Shown: positions 47,573-61,640 of the stretch, one piece after another
Layout of the letters: each line of letters starts with the position of its first letter
Position numbering within the stretch: the stretch's first letter is position 1
Source of the DNA: Squalus acanthias
Lineage: Eukaryota
DNA length: 64,000 nt
NCBI GenBank assembly: GCA_030390025.1
Contig: CM059431.1
Coordinates: forward strand, 111,292,001 to 111,356,000
Direction: 5' to 3'
The notes under the pieces: model-generated
The model's database searches: none
What the model was told of the DNA's origin: nothing
Seen by the model: only the letters and a program-made list of their open reading frames with translations
Program-made: the position numbers and the translations under genes

Positions 47573-49223
47573 TTCAAGCCCCCTCCGGGATCGGCTCCCC
47601 AGCCCCACCAACAGGCCTGACTTGCTGACTGTTTGCGTGCAGAACTCCACTGAGATTAGACCCTTTAACACAGATTAGGATCTTTCTTGGTCATTTTGTA
47701 CTGCAGGATTACTCACTGAGCCATCAAGAGAGCTACAACTTTTACAACTTATTACTTCAACACTTCACTGAACTTCTTTGACGTAGCTAAGATATTTGAA
47801 CTGTTTTTCTGACACAACAGACACAGTGATACGCAGAGAGATGGATAGCAGCAAGACCATTCAATTCTAACTAAAAAAGTCCTCGGAATAAAATAACGCA
47901 AAAATTGATCTCACAATTTCAAGAGAAGGAAGACTCCAAAGTGAAGTACTTTCAATTCAAGTTATTTCCTCTTGTATGTCTCAGGGACATAATTCACCAA
48001 AAGCTGCCCTCTGTTCGGACAATAATATTTACAGCGCAGCACCACTTCCCCAGGGATGCGCTTCAGGTCAAATAGAGGCTGTTTCACCTTCAGAGGACAG
48101 CCTTGGACGCAGCCAATGAGTTTTCACTGCAAGAATGAAGATTGTTAATCAGTTTCATTTGTGGATGGCAATCTGTAACATGGCAATCTGAAACATGGCA
48201 ATCATTTTCTAAATACTTGGATCGTTGCTATGTACCCCGTTGGTACAGGGTAATTTAATGATTGATAGTTTCAGATTGGAATCTAGGAATGGAAAAGATG
48301 TTGGTCCCCATTGTTTCAGTAGAGCTGCTGCTGACCTTCGCTGGGTTTGAATCATGACCTCTCTATGACCTGATCTCTTAGGTCTCATTTGGGTGCAGTG
48401 CCATGTTACGCATTAACATTTTTCCTAACAGACTTTTGATTAACTATATTTGCTGGGACAAAAAGTGGGAAATGCTTTACATGGAAGGTACTTCACCATA
48501 GAATATCCTTCCCCTTGAAATAACAGGGGCTGATTCTTGTGTTAGCAGTTAATTGATAATTTGGAAGTAAAAAGTCGACAACATATACAGGCCTCTTTGT
48601 ATCAACTCCTTCATGGAGAAGAGCATTGACACACATTTCACAATGAGTCATTTATATTCTACAGCTCTACCCAATAAGCTTCTGCTGCGATGACAGAATG
48701 TTAGTGTTAGTCAATTGGATATACACCCGCTTGCATACTTCTTTGTTCACAAGTTTGCAGGTAGACCTATCCTTTATCAAATTTGATGAATAAAAGGTTT
48801 ATTTTAAGGGTTCGAACAAACCCCTTCGTACTGTTTGAACAGAAAAGCGTCTGCAGAACCACAAATTTTAATGAATTGCTCCCATTTAAAGCTTGCTGTA
48901 ACGCCATTGACTCATGCACACCATCTCCCACTTTGTTAAGAATAATGCCACAAGATGTGGATGTATAACAACCTTCCTGCCGGCAGTGCCAAATTACTAT
49001 TGACACCGAAGTCAATCTGGGAGAATGATGTTGACGTTCAATTCCTCCTGCAGCAGTGGAGAGGCATCTTGGGGTCTCACTAGTTCAGCAAAGGAATCAC
49101 TCATTGGATTGATGTCACTCAATATAGCCCACAAATTACCCAAATAATGAGCCAAACTCAAAACAGAGCTATTGTTGGGGGAGATACAAATACATGCACA
49201 CTGGATTGCTCTAATATATAGTG

Positions 49224-49950
49224 GGGTTGAGTTTCCGCTTTGGGCGTAATCGGGATGTGCTTGAAATTGCGCTGGTTGGGTTACAGTTCAAGTTTCTGCT
49301 GAAATTAATTTGCACAATCACAAACGTAAAATCTTCCGTGAAGCAGTGCAGTCAGGCAGCAGAATAGATCATAATCGTTTATTTTAATTGCTTCAAGAAA
49401 TATTCTGTGATATGCTTAAAAGAGCGGTAACCTGGTGCCGTTTTATTACTCCAGCTGAAAATGGGTTTATCACCAAAAATAAGCATTTTTAATCAGGGTG
49501 TCCAGTCCTCTGCCTGTGAGTAACCTGATTTAAAAATCACTGAAAATGACTTTAAAAATGTTATACTGAGCCAGTTAATAGTCTCATTGGTCTACACTTG
49601 GCAAGTAAATTAAATATTCTTTGTTTAGAATTTTTTTTTTAAAACATGCCTACTAGTGCCTGTGCATCGAAGAGCATGAGAGCAATTTGAAGAGCCTTCC
49701 CGAACCAGTGCTATCAGGGGAATCTCGCAATTTCGACCTGGGGGCGTGGCCAGTTTTGTGGGGGAGGGGGGCCTTATCTGGGCAAATTGGATCTTGAACC
49801 AATGTAAAAAATAGCGGAAAACATGCACGCAAGTGGTTTTGGGCATAACTCACTTACGTTTAAAATTCCTCAATCTTTTGCACTGGTTTGGCCATTTCCG
49901 CCTGGACTGCTCTGATATTACTGGCGTAAACGAGTGGAAACTCTAAGCCC
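49224..49950. mobile_element. Non-autonomous TIR element with 3-bp TSD GTG
   Basis: gtg|gggttgagtttccgct ... agtggaaactctaagccc|gtg. Confidence 0.8.
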
Positions 49951-50129
49951 GTGACATATAATTATATATAAAAATCAGAACTGCTGAATTTGAGAATTGT
50001 TTCATTCATAATTTCAAGATTATTGACTGCATTTGTTAGAACATGTGGTTTAGTACTTTATCGTGCCGTGGTCGTTATTATGAGATGGGGGGTTGGCCAA
50101 ATTGTTTCAAAGACTGTAAAAGCAATCAC

Positions 50130-50215
50130 CGTACTTAATTGGTTGTAAAGCGTTTGGGAAGTCCTGAGGTCGTGAAAGGCGCTATATAAATGCAAGTTCT
50201 TTCTTCTTCCTTTCT
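50130..50215 (+). mobile_element. DeuSINE 3' tail
   Basis: gtacttaattggttgtaaagcgtttggg...aaaggcgctatataaatgcaag. Confidence 0.8.
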
Positions 50216-50861
50216 TTTCACCCAAGTCCAAAAAAAATGCTAATCCTTGCCCTATTGCCATTAGTCAGAAGAATAGGGCTGAACTAATGAATACGCCACT
50301 TATAAAACAATAAATTTCACAAGCACTTGAACCATGCACCTGACAGATAATCCTACCATGCTCACAGGGGAAATCCAATACATTAACAAATGGCAGTCTC
50401 TGATTGACTATTTTCAAAAATAAACCACAGAAGCAGGGCACGGTAGTTTATCACTTCCAATAAAGTGAGAGGCTGGACTAGAGGCTTTAATTTGATTTCT
50501 GACAGAAAATCAATTGTACAATTAGTTTCCACTCAAGAGGAAAACAGAATTGTCATTCTTGTGTATAGATTTCTAGTATGTGTGACTTCTGCGATCCCAG
50601 GATACAGTTGATAGAATCAGATCTGTCCAGAGTGTACCCAAGAAAGTTCCTGGTGTAAATACTGAAAAGCAATGGCAAATTGATACTGTATCTTGAATGA
50701 AGAGATGAAATCCCTGCTCCAGAGGCGGTAGCACTATAGTGGCAATGTAAATGCTTGTTACCATTTAGTCAAACCGTAGGCAGACTGAGCATTCATCTCA
50801 GCAATACAGGCCAGCCATGTAGTTTCCTGATCACTGGTTTGTACACGTTTTCCCATCCCGG

Positions 50862-51313
50862 TCCAGCCCTGGCTCAGATGGTGGCACTCTCCTGTCTGAG
50901 TCAGAAGGTTGTGGGTTCAAGTCCCACAAAAATCTAGACTGATGCTGCTGTGCAGTGCTGAGGGAGTGCTGCACTGTCTGAGGTGCCGTCTTTCGGATGA
51001 GGCGTTAAACTGAGACCCCGTCTGCCCTCTCGGTGGATGCAAAAGATCCCATGGCACTATTTCGAAGAAGAGCAGGGGGAGTTATCCCCAGCATCCTGGC
51101 CAATATGTAACCCTTAATCAACTTCACTAAAAAAACAGATTTTCTGGTCATTATCACATTACTGTTTGTGGGAGCTTGCTGTGCACAAATTGGCTGCCAA
51201 GTTTCCTACATTACAACAGTGACTGCACTTCAAAAGTACTTCATTGGCTGTAAAGCACTTTGGGACATCCGGAGGTTGTGAAAAGTGCTATATAAACGCA
51301 AGTCTTTCTTTTT
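50862..51313 (+). mobile_element. Full-length DeuSINE
   Basis: Head, Deu-domain and tail as in 46600-47063. Confidence 0.9.
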
Positions 51314-53289
51314 AGCAGCCAGAAATAAAGCCCTTTTTGTTAAAGAGTTACTCAAACCACATTTTCAGAATTAATAAATTCGCAAATACTACATGTGGAA
51401 AGCTTCAGCTAATTGTGCAGATGTGACAATTCTATCAGAAAAATAAAGTGGATGTTAAAGTGTCAATTTTAGTCCTAGGTTGACCTCACTGAGAGACAAA
51501 TAAATGATACAGATTGAAAATGACAGTCATTTATGAGTTTTTGTTGCTGATTTCACAATATACAATTGACTACAATACAAATTATACCATTTACATTTTT
51601 TTTGTCAAATAGATTAGAGTTGCCACCATAGTCATGTTGTGGACAGAGGATTTGGCTATGAGCCCAGGTTCATAGATTTGGTTTGAAATGTACAGTCTTC
51701 ATGTAAATCTAAATAAGACGTAGATTGAACAAGTAAGTGCTTCTGGTCCATGTGTGAAGTTAGGACAATAATTACTCCCACAAATTACACCCTGTTGACA
51801 TTGAAGATGACCACAGCTCACCTTGTGATATCAGTACTTTTCAGCACAGAATGGGCCAATTGCTAGGTATCAATGAGAAATACCAAGTCATTTCTCAGGT
51901 GACTGTCCCCTCGCTCAGGAGGACACTTCCCTATATTAGCTTGGCAACATGCTTACGACTGCAACAATAAACTAGAGGCCTTCTTCACCATCCATGTATT
52001 GTCCTTTCTGTGGACCTCTGATGATGCACCAGTACCTTGCCATCATTCCTCCATCAATCAAAGGCATTTGAAGCAAGTGGAAAGTATTAGATCCAGCAAC
52101 TCTTCCATTCTTTTCAGAGATTGATCATAATTGAAAATGCTTGTTGTTCTTCCAGGTATTAGTTGAGTAGAGGAGCATGAATCCCAATCAGTTCATTCAG
52201 GCTTTCTACTTATATGGACTTATGTATTTTTACCCATCCGTGTGAGATAATTCCAGCATTTATACATCTTAGCCATTTTCCTTGCCATAGCACACACATG
52301 GCTATATTTAGCCAAATTTTGGATGCATTTTGTTTTTTTTGTTGCCATGTCCAATAAAACCTCCAGGGTTGTAATACCTCTGTCACAGTGACTTCAATCT
52401 CAGGGTTAGTTGAAGTGCACTTTACTACATCTCCTCCCTATTTCTGTATCGTTATTACTGCTGTTAGATTTTGAACTGCATCAAATTCTGAGGTTTCCGG
52501 TGTGAATTCTATCCTCCTTTATTCCACCATGTCATTAATACATGTAATAATCTCAGTTCTTTGTCAATTATATCTCATGCAGAAGTGGCTTTATAATTTG
52601 CATCAAATCATAGAATAGAATATCATAAATTCATTACAGTACATATCTAATATCTGTCAACACGGAAATCTTTCCACACACTAGTGCACTTAAGACCAGA
52701 ATTTAGCCCTCGAGGCTCAGTACTGAGTCGAGTCTCTGGACTGCTGTTCAGCATCTTTATCTGTTTTCATGACAACGATCACTGCCGAGGATCAGATCTG
52801 CCTCCCTCCTAAACCTCCTGTGCGTCAAGACAATAGGACTGCCACATCCCATCCTCTGCTGTCACGGTGATGAAAACAGGATAAATGAGTCACCCAGTTT
52901 TGATGTAAGGAGCAATTAGCTTTTCTTCGTATTAATCCATAGAGGTTTTTTTTTCTGGAAGATTTCACTTAAGCAGCTTCATTAGTGTAATTATAATTGA
53001 GCCCGTGTGTTAGCTGACATATTCTGATGTTTTTATTGGTTTGTTTTCAATGATCATAGAATAAATATTTGCTCATATACTGTATTAACTCTACAAGTAT
53101 AGTCATTCCGCTCACTAACAGTAGTCATCCATTGAGTACAGCAAAGGCACTGATTTGAACACTTTACCAACCATCCTACAGAAGGATCAAATAGCATTTT
53201 TACCTCACAAAACGATGCATAATGTTTTTCATTTCTTGCTTGCAAACAAAAAAAAAACCCAGCCATGATATCTGGTATGGTGGTATAGT

Positions 53290-53890
53290 AAGGAAGTCTT
53301 GCTCCAATTGTACAGGGCCTTGGTGAGACCACACCCGGAGTACTGTGCACAGTTTTGGTCTCCTTATCTAAGGAAGGATATACTTGCTCTGGAGGCGGTG
53401 CAACAAAGGTTCACCAGACTGATTCCTGGGATGAGAGGGCTGTCCTATGATGAGAGATTGTGTAGAATGGGCCTATACTCTCTGGAGTTTAGAAGAATGA
53501 GAGGTGATCTCATTGAAACATACAAGATTCTGAAGGGGATTGACAGGGTGAGGTTGTTTCCCCTGGCTGGAGTGTCTAGAACTAGGGGGGCATAGCCTCA
53601 GGATAAGGGGTCGGCCATTTAAGACCGAGATGAGGAGGAATTTCTTCACTCAGAGGGTTGTGAATCTTTGGAATTCTCTGCCCCAGAGGGCTGTGAATGC
53701 TGAGTCTTTGAGTATATTCAAGGCTGAGATAGATAGATTTTTGGACTCTAGGGGAAACAAGGGATATGGAGATCAGGGCGGGAAAGTGGAGTTGAGGTCG
53801 ATAATCAGCCATGATCTTATTGAATGGCGGAGCAGGCTCGAGGGGCCATATGGCCTACTCCTGCTCCTATTTCTTATGTTTTTATGTCTT
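53290..53890 (+). mobile_element. CR1 3' fragment
   Basis: LQLYRALVRPHPEYCAQFWSPYLRKD...WNSLPQRAV plus 3'UTR. Confidence 0.92.
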
Positions 53891-54839
53891 ATATCAAAAA
53901 TGTGGTGAGTGGATTTCAGCATCTCACCACTTTTGATTTAATGAACCTATCACAGAGCGTCAGGATTTTTCTAAGAACAGGAGTGTTATGCCAGATAGTA
54001 TTATCAATATCACTGATTGGGGGTCAGCCCAGATAATGGCAGTAATAGGTTGGGGTATCAGGTCTAGCAATACTTTGAGGGGCACAGGGGCGGCCCAGTG
54101 CTTCAGGAAGCCCAATAGAGAGGGGATCTTGAGAAAACTTGGGGGATTGGATTTGGGAGCATTGAGCAGGGAGGCCCCAGTAGGGCCATCCTGGCATCAG
54201 GGAGCACTGGGAATGCAGTCTTGGGGTTTCTGAGCGCTGACAGGGGGTGAAAGGATCTGGGAGTTGGAGTGGGGAAATCCTGAGGATGGGTATCCTGAGC
54301 TCCAGCTAAACTGGGAGGGGGGTTTTGAAGCTTTTTTGGGGGTGAGAAAAAGTATGGCAGAATGGGGGCTGCCATTATCTGGTAATATTTATGGAGGCAG
54401 AGTCTGGCAGCATCGTGGGGAAGAGGGACTTAGAAAAAAGAGACTCAAAAGTCCCTTAGCTCCCATCAGCCCCAACAATCCCACTGCAGACATGTCTGTT
54501 AGCATCTTCCACAAACCATTTTTTGTGCCATCAAGCACCTCCCACCCAATTTCATACCACTTTCCCAATCACAGTCGTTTTGCGTCTTTAAAGCAATATA
54601 TGCACTATTAGTGAGTTTGCTGACTCAGTCTTCAATAAACATATACTTCTATAAAAAATATACTTCATGGAAAGCTCCAAAGTTCATTATTTAAGCCATT
54701 TCCTCACTTTTTTACATTTTTAACAGACCCTTAACTCCAAATAATTGTTAGCAGAGAAAAGTTTGTATTAACTAAATTTTCAATCTTTTTAATGAGGAAA
54801 AATAAATCCATTCTTATAAAATATCTTTGTTGACAACTC

Positions 54840-55575
54840 AGTGAATGCTGCCTTCTGTACCTGTTGCTGCCTCCAAAATGACTGCTGCCAGAGACCCACC
54901 CATTTCTCTGATGGTGCCACAGAGCTCTTGGTGGAGGTGTTTACCAGGATGAAGGAGATCCTGATCCCCGGTGATGCAGCCACAGAGTATCACCATATAG
55001 CCCCACAACAGTGGAAAGAGGTTGATAAGCACACAAATGCCAGAAGTTTTACTCTGAGGAATTGGCAACAGTGCTGGGAAAAAATTCAATGACTTGCCAA
55101 GAACTACTAAGGTAAGACTCCCATTCACAGCTGTCTTACTCTGCACAGCCCAGCTACCATTCTACTGTATCCGCAACACTAACAAGCCTTTCCTCCCTCC
55201 CTTCCCATCTCTCTCCTCCATTCACAGCAGCACACTTCAGTGCACCTCCTCCTGCTTCCACCTTTACACTCTGCACCCACCACTGTATATGCACAATTAC
55301 TGGGCTCTCCTGGGTGTGGGTCTATTGTAGAACTGGCAAATAGCAATTAAAATGCCATTTGGGTCCTGCAACAGTGGCAGAACTCGAATTTACATATATT
55401 CAGTAGGTGCCCACTGGTTTCAGGCGAGCGTGCCGGACACCTAACAAGGAGGCCGATCCCAAATGGTGTCAGGCGTACTTCCGGGGATAATCAAGCCGGT
55501 CAGACGGCGACCAAATTATCAGGGTCCCAACGCCCACAGTTTCAACAGGTGGGTGCCCATTGAAAATCACCCCCA
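54840..55575 (+). mobile_element. Harbinger remnant: Myb/SANT exon (about 54878-55110), intron and terminal segment
   Basis: RPTHFSDGATELLVEV...QWKEVDKHTNARSFTLRNWQQCWEK, then donor AAG|GTAAGA; ends ttgaaaatcaccccc. Confidence 0.7.
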
Positions 55576-56499
55576 AACCCTTTCATTATAAATCGGACCC
55601 TGGAGCACATCATTGAGCCCTGCCCTCAGAGGAAATTCACAGGCAGCCTACAAGATATCCACGCTGTTACACCGGAAGCTTTGGCCTGGATATCCGACTT
55701 AGATATTGACATTTGATTTGCTTTGCCATTACCATACGAAAGAAGAAGAAGATTATAATAAATTGATGACACTTGGTAATTTGTTGGAGGAATCTTGCTA
55801 TGCTGGAGAACCTCTTTACAAAGGTGATACGGACACTGACAAAAAGAAAACCATCAATGATGGCCAGTCTGCCATTGTATCAGTTCTTGTAAATTCTGCT
55901 TCTACACCTTACAGTAAAACCTAAAAGCTAATTTAATAGATACATTTTTAGGTTTAACTTAATTTCAGCCTGAGACAACCTTTTAATTCCACTGCTGAGA
56001 ACTTAAATGGCAATGACAGAGACTTACAAATTCTGTTCGAGTTAAAAAGGCCTCTTATTCTTGGCAATGAAGTGTTCAAAAATAGCTGGTACATTTAGAA
56101 TCCAAATGGTATAGCTGAATTGATAAACAGCACTTTCAGTAGCTTTTGGTTGATATCCCTTAGTACCTGCCACTTACCAACATCTACTGGATGCATCTAG
56201 TGTTAAAAAACTGGTCGAATTGGCAAATGTTTTCGGAGAATCGTCAACTTCTGCAAATTGACAGGAGCTTTTATTTCCTATTGGGGCACTGCTCAATTTA
56301 CTGTACTCACAGTATTGAGTAGACCTTAAATCATTGGCCGAGGATTTGTTTATGGTTCACAACTTCATAATGTAATGTTTTTTAAGCATTCCTATCTACT
56401 TCCTATTGCTATTGCAAATCTGTTTCCTATTGCTGTTTTAAAGGTCACTGTGAAGTGAACAGATCCCTTGATGCCGACACAATTGAGTTGTGTCTCAAA

Positions 56500-56720
56500 A
56501 AAAAACACACTTGGAGGCTCGAGTTGCTTTGCCCATTTTTAACCCTGCCAGTACTGCTGATTTTTGCTGAGCTGACTCTTTCCCTGTTGCTGTTCCTGTG
56601 CTCACTTGGGACATTCCTCCGGGTATACTCTGTGTGGAAAGGAAAAATGTCCTGCAAAAGCAAGAGTTCAACTTCAGGGGGAAATAGAGGTCTAGTTCGT
56701 CCTTCGGAAAGCTTTTCTCT
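56500..56720 (-). pseudogene. Possible decayed Myb/SANT-like fragment
   Basis: RTRPLFPPEVELLLLQDI...VSSAKISSTGRVK loosely resembles the R..F...E..LL..V start of the domain. Confidence 0.3.
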
Positions 56721-57034
56721 TATTGGCAGAGTAACAAAAGGGATTATCATTATCACCGAGGTCAAAGTCTTTACTGAGTGGGAGGAACAAATACAAAAAT
56801 ACAAATTAGATCTATCCAAGGCACCAAAAGCCTTGCTGGAAGAGCTCTATTGTGTGCTCACTGATCATCCTGGTGGTCACCGGGCTCAGATTGTATCTCA
56901 TCTCTGCAGGAATTTTCAGGTTATAGGGAGAGGTCATGAACCATGTGTGGAAGGGGGCAGCCCCTTGTCCCCACTGAGGCTCTGAGCTGGATGGAGTAGT
57001 TGGGGGAGATGGTTGACTGGTGCAGAATGAAGGC

Positions 57035-57342
57035 ATGGATGGGGAGTCTAGAACCAGGGGTCGGCCATTTAGGACTGAGATGAGGAGAAATTTCTTTACT
57101 CAGAGGGTGGTGAATCTTTGGAATTCTCTACCCCAGAGGGCTGTGGAGGCTCAGTCGTTGAGTATATTCAAGACAGAGATCGATAGATTTTTGAATATTA
57201 AAGGGAATCAAGGGATATGGGGATAGTTCAGGAAAGTGGAGATGAAGTAGAAGATCAGCCATGATCTTATTGAATGGCGGAGCAGGCTCGAAGGGCCGAA
57301 TCGCCTATTCCTGCTCTTATTTCTTACGTTCTTATGTTCTTA
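57035..57342 (+). mobile_element. CR1 3' fragment
   Basis: RRNFFTQRVVNLWNSLPQRAVEA plus 3'UTR and (ttcttatg)n-like tail. Confidence 0.92.
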
Positions 57343-57345
57343 TCT

Positions 57346-57800
57346 GTACAGCTGCCTGGAAACTGGGCACATACGTGCATGATTCTGCAGTGGTGATCAC
57401 TGACCAGCTGCACATTGATTGAACGAGAGCCTTTCCTGTTGATAGAGGTTGCCGGCTGATTGTCAGCTATCCCGGTGGCTGCATGTGTACAGTCTATGAC
57501 ACCCAGCACTCGTGGGAAGCGAGCTGCTGCAGCAAATCCCAACGCCCTTGGGAAACCGATGTAGCCATTGGCCCTAGCAAAGAGTGCATCAGTGAATTGT
57601 TTTATGCATTTTGTGGACTGCAGACTGACGCGAGACACGTCACGTGCCGCAGCCTGGAATGAGCCTGAGGCAAAGAAGTTAAGTGCAGTGGTGATTTTCG
57701 CTACCACAGATAAAGCATGGCCACCTGGCTCAGTGGGTTGTACATCTTGCTGCAGGAGGCCACATAGGTCGTTGACAGCTATTGGCACACAAAGTCCCTA
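57346..57800 (-). pseudogene. Harbinger (HARBI1-like) transposase fragment
   Basis: KITTALNFFASGSFQAAARD, FPRVLGVIDCTH, INRKGSRSINVQLVSDH...VCAQFPGSC; truncated by the CR1 tail. Confidence 0.9.
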
Positions 57801-58579
57801 ATAGCTTCCTCTTGTGGGTGAGGAAGCATGAAGCAGGGAACGGCATCATAAGGCTCGTTTGATGACCAAACAAATTGTTCCCAATGGTCAGGCATATAAG
57901 ATATTGACCATTTCTAGCACTAAAGTAGGGAAGCTGTAAACAGTAGTCTACTGGTCATCTGATGGTCCATTTGCTTTTGACACCTGACTCCTCTTCGAAC
58001 AAAGCTCCCTTGATGGTACAGCTATTGGAGATAAATGGGTAATTTTAACCTAGAATCAAGCTTTTGCATCTTGGCTGTTATATGCATCAGTAATATCATA
58101 GCTCATCAGTGGTCTCATTGTCTACCTTATGCCTCCTCTTACACCATATGGCATTTTCTCTTGTAAACTCTATCTTTTGACCGTGTTAATGGACAGACAT
58201 CTGTTGATTAGGAATTGAAGTGAAAGTTGCTCCTATCTAGTTGGCCCAGTTAAATTCTAATTATGAATTTGATTTGGCCGTGATCATTAAGGATGTGTGA
58301 ATTATCAGCAGCATCCTGGAGATAACTGCAAAGGTACTTTCCAAGAATAACTAAGGCAGCTTGATTTGTGTTCATTTCAAAGGTCTGCTGTTTCCCTCGT
58401 TTTATAAAGAGCAGTAGGATCCCCATTGAGCAAGAGAGCCGTTGTCTCCAAATGCATTGAATTGAATCTACAGCTGGCCCGCTTCTGAGTGGTAGTACCG
58501 CTTCAACGCTCCTCGGATTGGCGTGGACTATGACACTGAGTTGTTTTGGATCGGGTCTGGAGGTTCAGGGTGAATAACT

Positions 58580-58887
58580 TAAAAGACCTGCATTTATATA
58601 GTGCCTTTCATGACCTCAGGACGTCCGAGAATGCTTTACAGCCAATGAAGTACTTTTGAAGTATTGTCACTGTAGGAAACACGGCAGCCAATTGCACACA
58701 GCAAGCTCCCACAAACAGCAATGTGATAATGACCAGACAATCTATTTTTGTTATGTTGATTGAGGGATAAATATTGGCCAGGACACCAGGGAGAACGCCC
58801 CTGTTCAAGTCCCTGGAATGGGCCTTGAACCCACAACCTTCAGACCCAGAAGGTGAGAGTGCTACCCACTAAGCCACAGCTGACACT
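58580..58887 (-). mobile_element. DeuSINE with internal deletion
   Basis: Tail and 3' body are joined directly to the head at about 58803. Confidence 0.85.
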
Positions 58888-59494
58888 AACTTATATCAAT
58901 TGTCACCAATAACACCGTTGCAGCAAATGCTGGGCCTTAAAAAGGGTTTGTTGTTCACTTGGAGCACATTATCCCAATTTACTTCACACATATGGCCATG
59001 TTTCAGTTCATAGGGATACCGATGTAAGTGAATTGTTTTCCTCAGGCACTAGGAAAAGATAGCAAGAGTGAGCTTGAATCGTATCAGTCAGAACTGGATA
59101 AAGTCAGGACTTTACTGTAACTGTGAATAAGCTACTAATTAATTAACACTAAATTATGCAATAAGCTACTAATTGACACCAAATTAATCAATTTATCAAT
59201 AAACCAGAATACTTGCAATCGGAGAAAGATAGCTTTTAGCTGTGGTTAATTGGTACATAATTTTTGGTGATTTGAAATGGACAGATTATGTAATTGTGTT
59301 TGCATGTTAGCATGGAAAGCTTGTATCCCTGATAACCTATTTAAGGGTTCAATTGAAAGCATACGATTTTGTTAATAAACATATATAAAGCAATTTGTGC
59401 CCATTAGACAAATTTATCATTTACTGGAATCCACTAATATACATCCCAATCAATTCCATGACCGAATGACTACACTGGAAGCTCACCAAATATA

Positions 59495-59912
59495 TATATT
59501 TTTTATTCGTTCATGGGATGTGGGTGCCGCTGGCAAGGCCAGCATTTATTGCCCATCCCTAATTGCCCTTGAGAAGGTGGTGGTGAGCCGCCTTCTTGAA
59601 CCGCTGCAGTCCATGTGGTGAAGGTACACAGTGCTGTTGGGTAATGAGTTCCAGGATTTTGACCCAGCGACGATGAAGGAACGGTGATATATTTCCAAGT
59701 CAGGATGGTGTGTGACTTGGAGGGGAACTTGCAGGTGGTGGTGTTCCCATGCGCCTGCTGCCCTTGTCCTTCTAGGTGGTAGAGGTTGCGGGTTTGGGAG
59801 GTGCTGCCGAAGAAGCCTTGGCGAGTTGCTGCAGTGCATCTTGTAGATGGTACACACTGCAGTCACGGTACGCCGGTGGTGAAGGGAGTGAATGTTTAAG
59901 GTAGTGACTGGG
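59495..59912 (-). mobile_element. 3' end of a second CR1/L2-group LINE family
   Basis: Minus strand gives VCTIYKMHCSNSPRLL...SKSWNSLPNSTV, a 3'UTR and an A-rich tail. Confidence 0.75.
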
Positions 59913-61640
59913 GTGATGTCAGTGATGGGGGCCCATAAATATTTTGCTGTATAAGATTATTTGTTTTAGTATGAAAAAAATGACTTCAGTGCCTACCGAG
60001 TATATTTTGCTGTATTACCTCATGAGCCACATGTACTTCTCCCAAGTGTCAAAGTGTTTGTGCTTCTTGTGTTCGCACTGCAGAAGGGAGTCAGTTCCAA
60101 GTGGAGATGTAAAATTGGGGTGTGATCAGCAAAATTCCCAATGCAAGTGTTTCAGGGTGCGGAATACCTTGGGCTATCAGTGTGGAGGGCTTAAATGTCT
60201 TTCATTGATGATCCAAGGTACTCTTCATCCTGACCAGCTTACACTGGGAAGTTGTCTGACATTATGTTCAGGTCACTGATAGGTAACCCGATGTTCCAAG
60301 CTTAAGGCTAAGCATGCTCTTCATATGCTATAGGTAGCCATCATTATAGTTACAGTGATGTCCTCGTGTATCCATAAATCTAAGTCACTGATAATTCTAC
60401 TACAGTCACCATGTTGGATGTCACATGTATCTCAAAGAGGAAGCTGTTCATACTTAGTACACTCTGCTTCATCAAACCGTGCAGCTAACCAAGACAGACT
60501 CTCTACACTGAGAAATATTTTGAGCCTGAAGAGTCAAATGCTGAGGGTCCTAGGGGAAGCCTAATCAAGTAAGGGTCCAGAGGCCACTTTAAGATCAAGA
60601 TGTATTTGGGTCTACATGACCTCAGATATGATCTGAATCATATCTGAGATCCAAAGATGCATCCCTGCATTTTATCTCTCTGCATTAAAATGTTACATGG
60701 TAGCCTCTGCATGCATAGTTCACCCACATCAGCCAAACTTTTTCCCTCCCTCCACGGCCTTTCTATATATGTTGATTGGTGAACTGACACTGCATCTGTC
60801 CTCTGTATTTCTGTGATTGGTGAGATTCTGACACATCTGTTTTGTCAGTCTTAGTACAATGCTACCCTTGATTCATTGATAAGGTAACTGAGGGCACAGA
60901 GAAGAGGGGGGGAAAAAATACATGGGGCTTGTGATCATGAACCAGCCGTGATTTGAACTCTCCGTTGTACCAGTGTTGAAGGTTGTCATAAATGTTTCAT
61001 TTAATCTGCTTGACATTAGTAAATATACCACCAAATTACCTAATGAAATAAGTGCACGTATATGAAAAAATGTGGGTGGCGTTTACATTATGCGGGTCAG
61101 AAATGAAGGGTTCATATTTGAAATAAGGCTAATGTGGGACATCTGCAAATAATATTCCGGATACCCTGTTTTTGCTTAAGCACTCTTACTATGAAGAGGT
61201 TCACAGACCTCTGTGTCCACCTGTTCCAATGCTGGCACCTCGGTCCTGGAACATCTCTGATTCACAATTTACCTCTTCAATTCACTTTCAACCAGTAGAA
61301 CTGTTATCTCCTTATTGGAGAAAGGCTCGCGTATGATAATGGCTGAGTAACACACATAGGTGCAGACACCGTAATCTCAGTAATGGTTTGGTTGTGGTAT
61401 GGTATGTTTCCTGTGTGATCTTCAGTTCCAGATAGTTCAGATTCATCTATGTCAAGAAGATCAGTATGTAGTAATAATGCTACGCACATCAGCAGAAGTA
61501 TAGTTAAGGTGTACTAGTACAGCATCCATAGTATTGCCCACAGTCAGTTCAGCAATATCATTTTTCTATATAAAAGATGGCAACAGATTTGGAAGAGAGA
61601 TTTCAGAAATTCACTCCACAGGGTCAGCTACTGCAACTAT

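Noticed and set aside
51600..52560. Possible second decayed env-like region (minus-strand CVLWQGKWL…INAGIISHGWV)
   Set aside because: Similarity to the 63.6-64 kb frame is only a few residues, with multiple stops; could be chance.
55706..56350. Coding-like unique sequence (72-aa ORF and downstream frames)
   Set aside because: Interrupted by stops, with no identifiable family.
56455..56985. 176-codon ORF with a hydrophobic stretch
   Set aside because: Non-ATG start and no recognisable domain; the opposite strand looks more like a decayed Myb/SANT relic.
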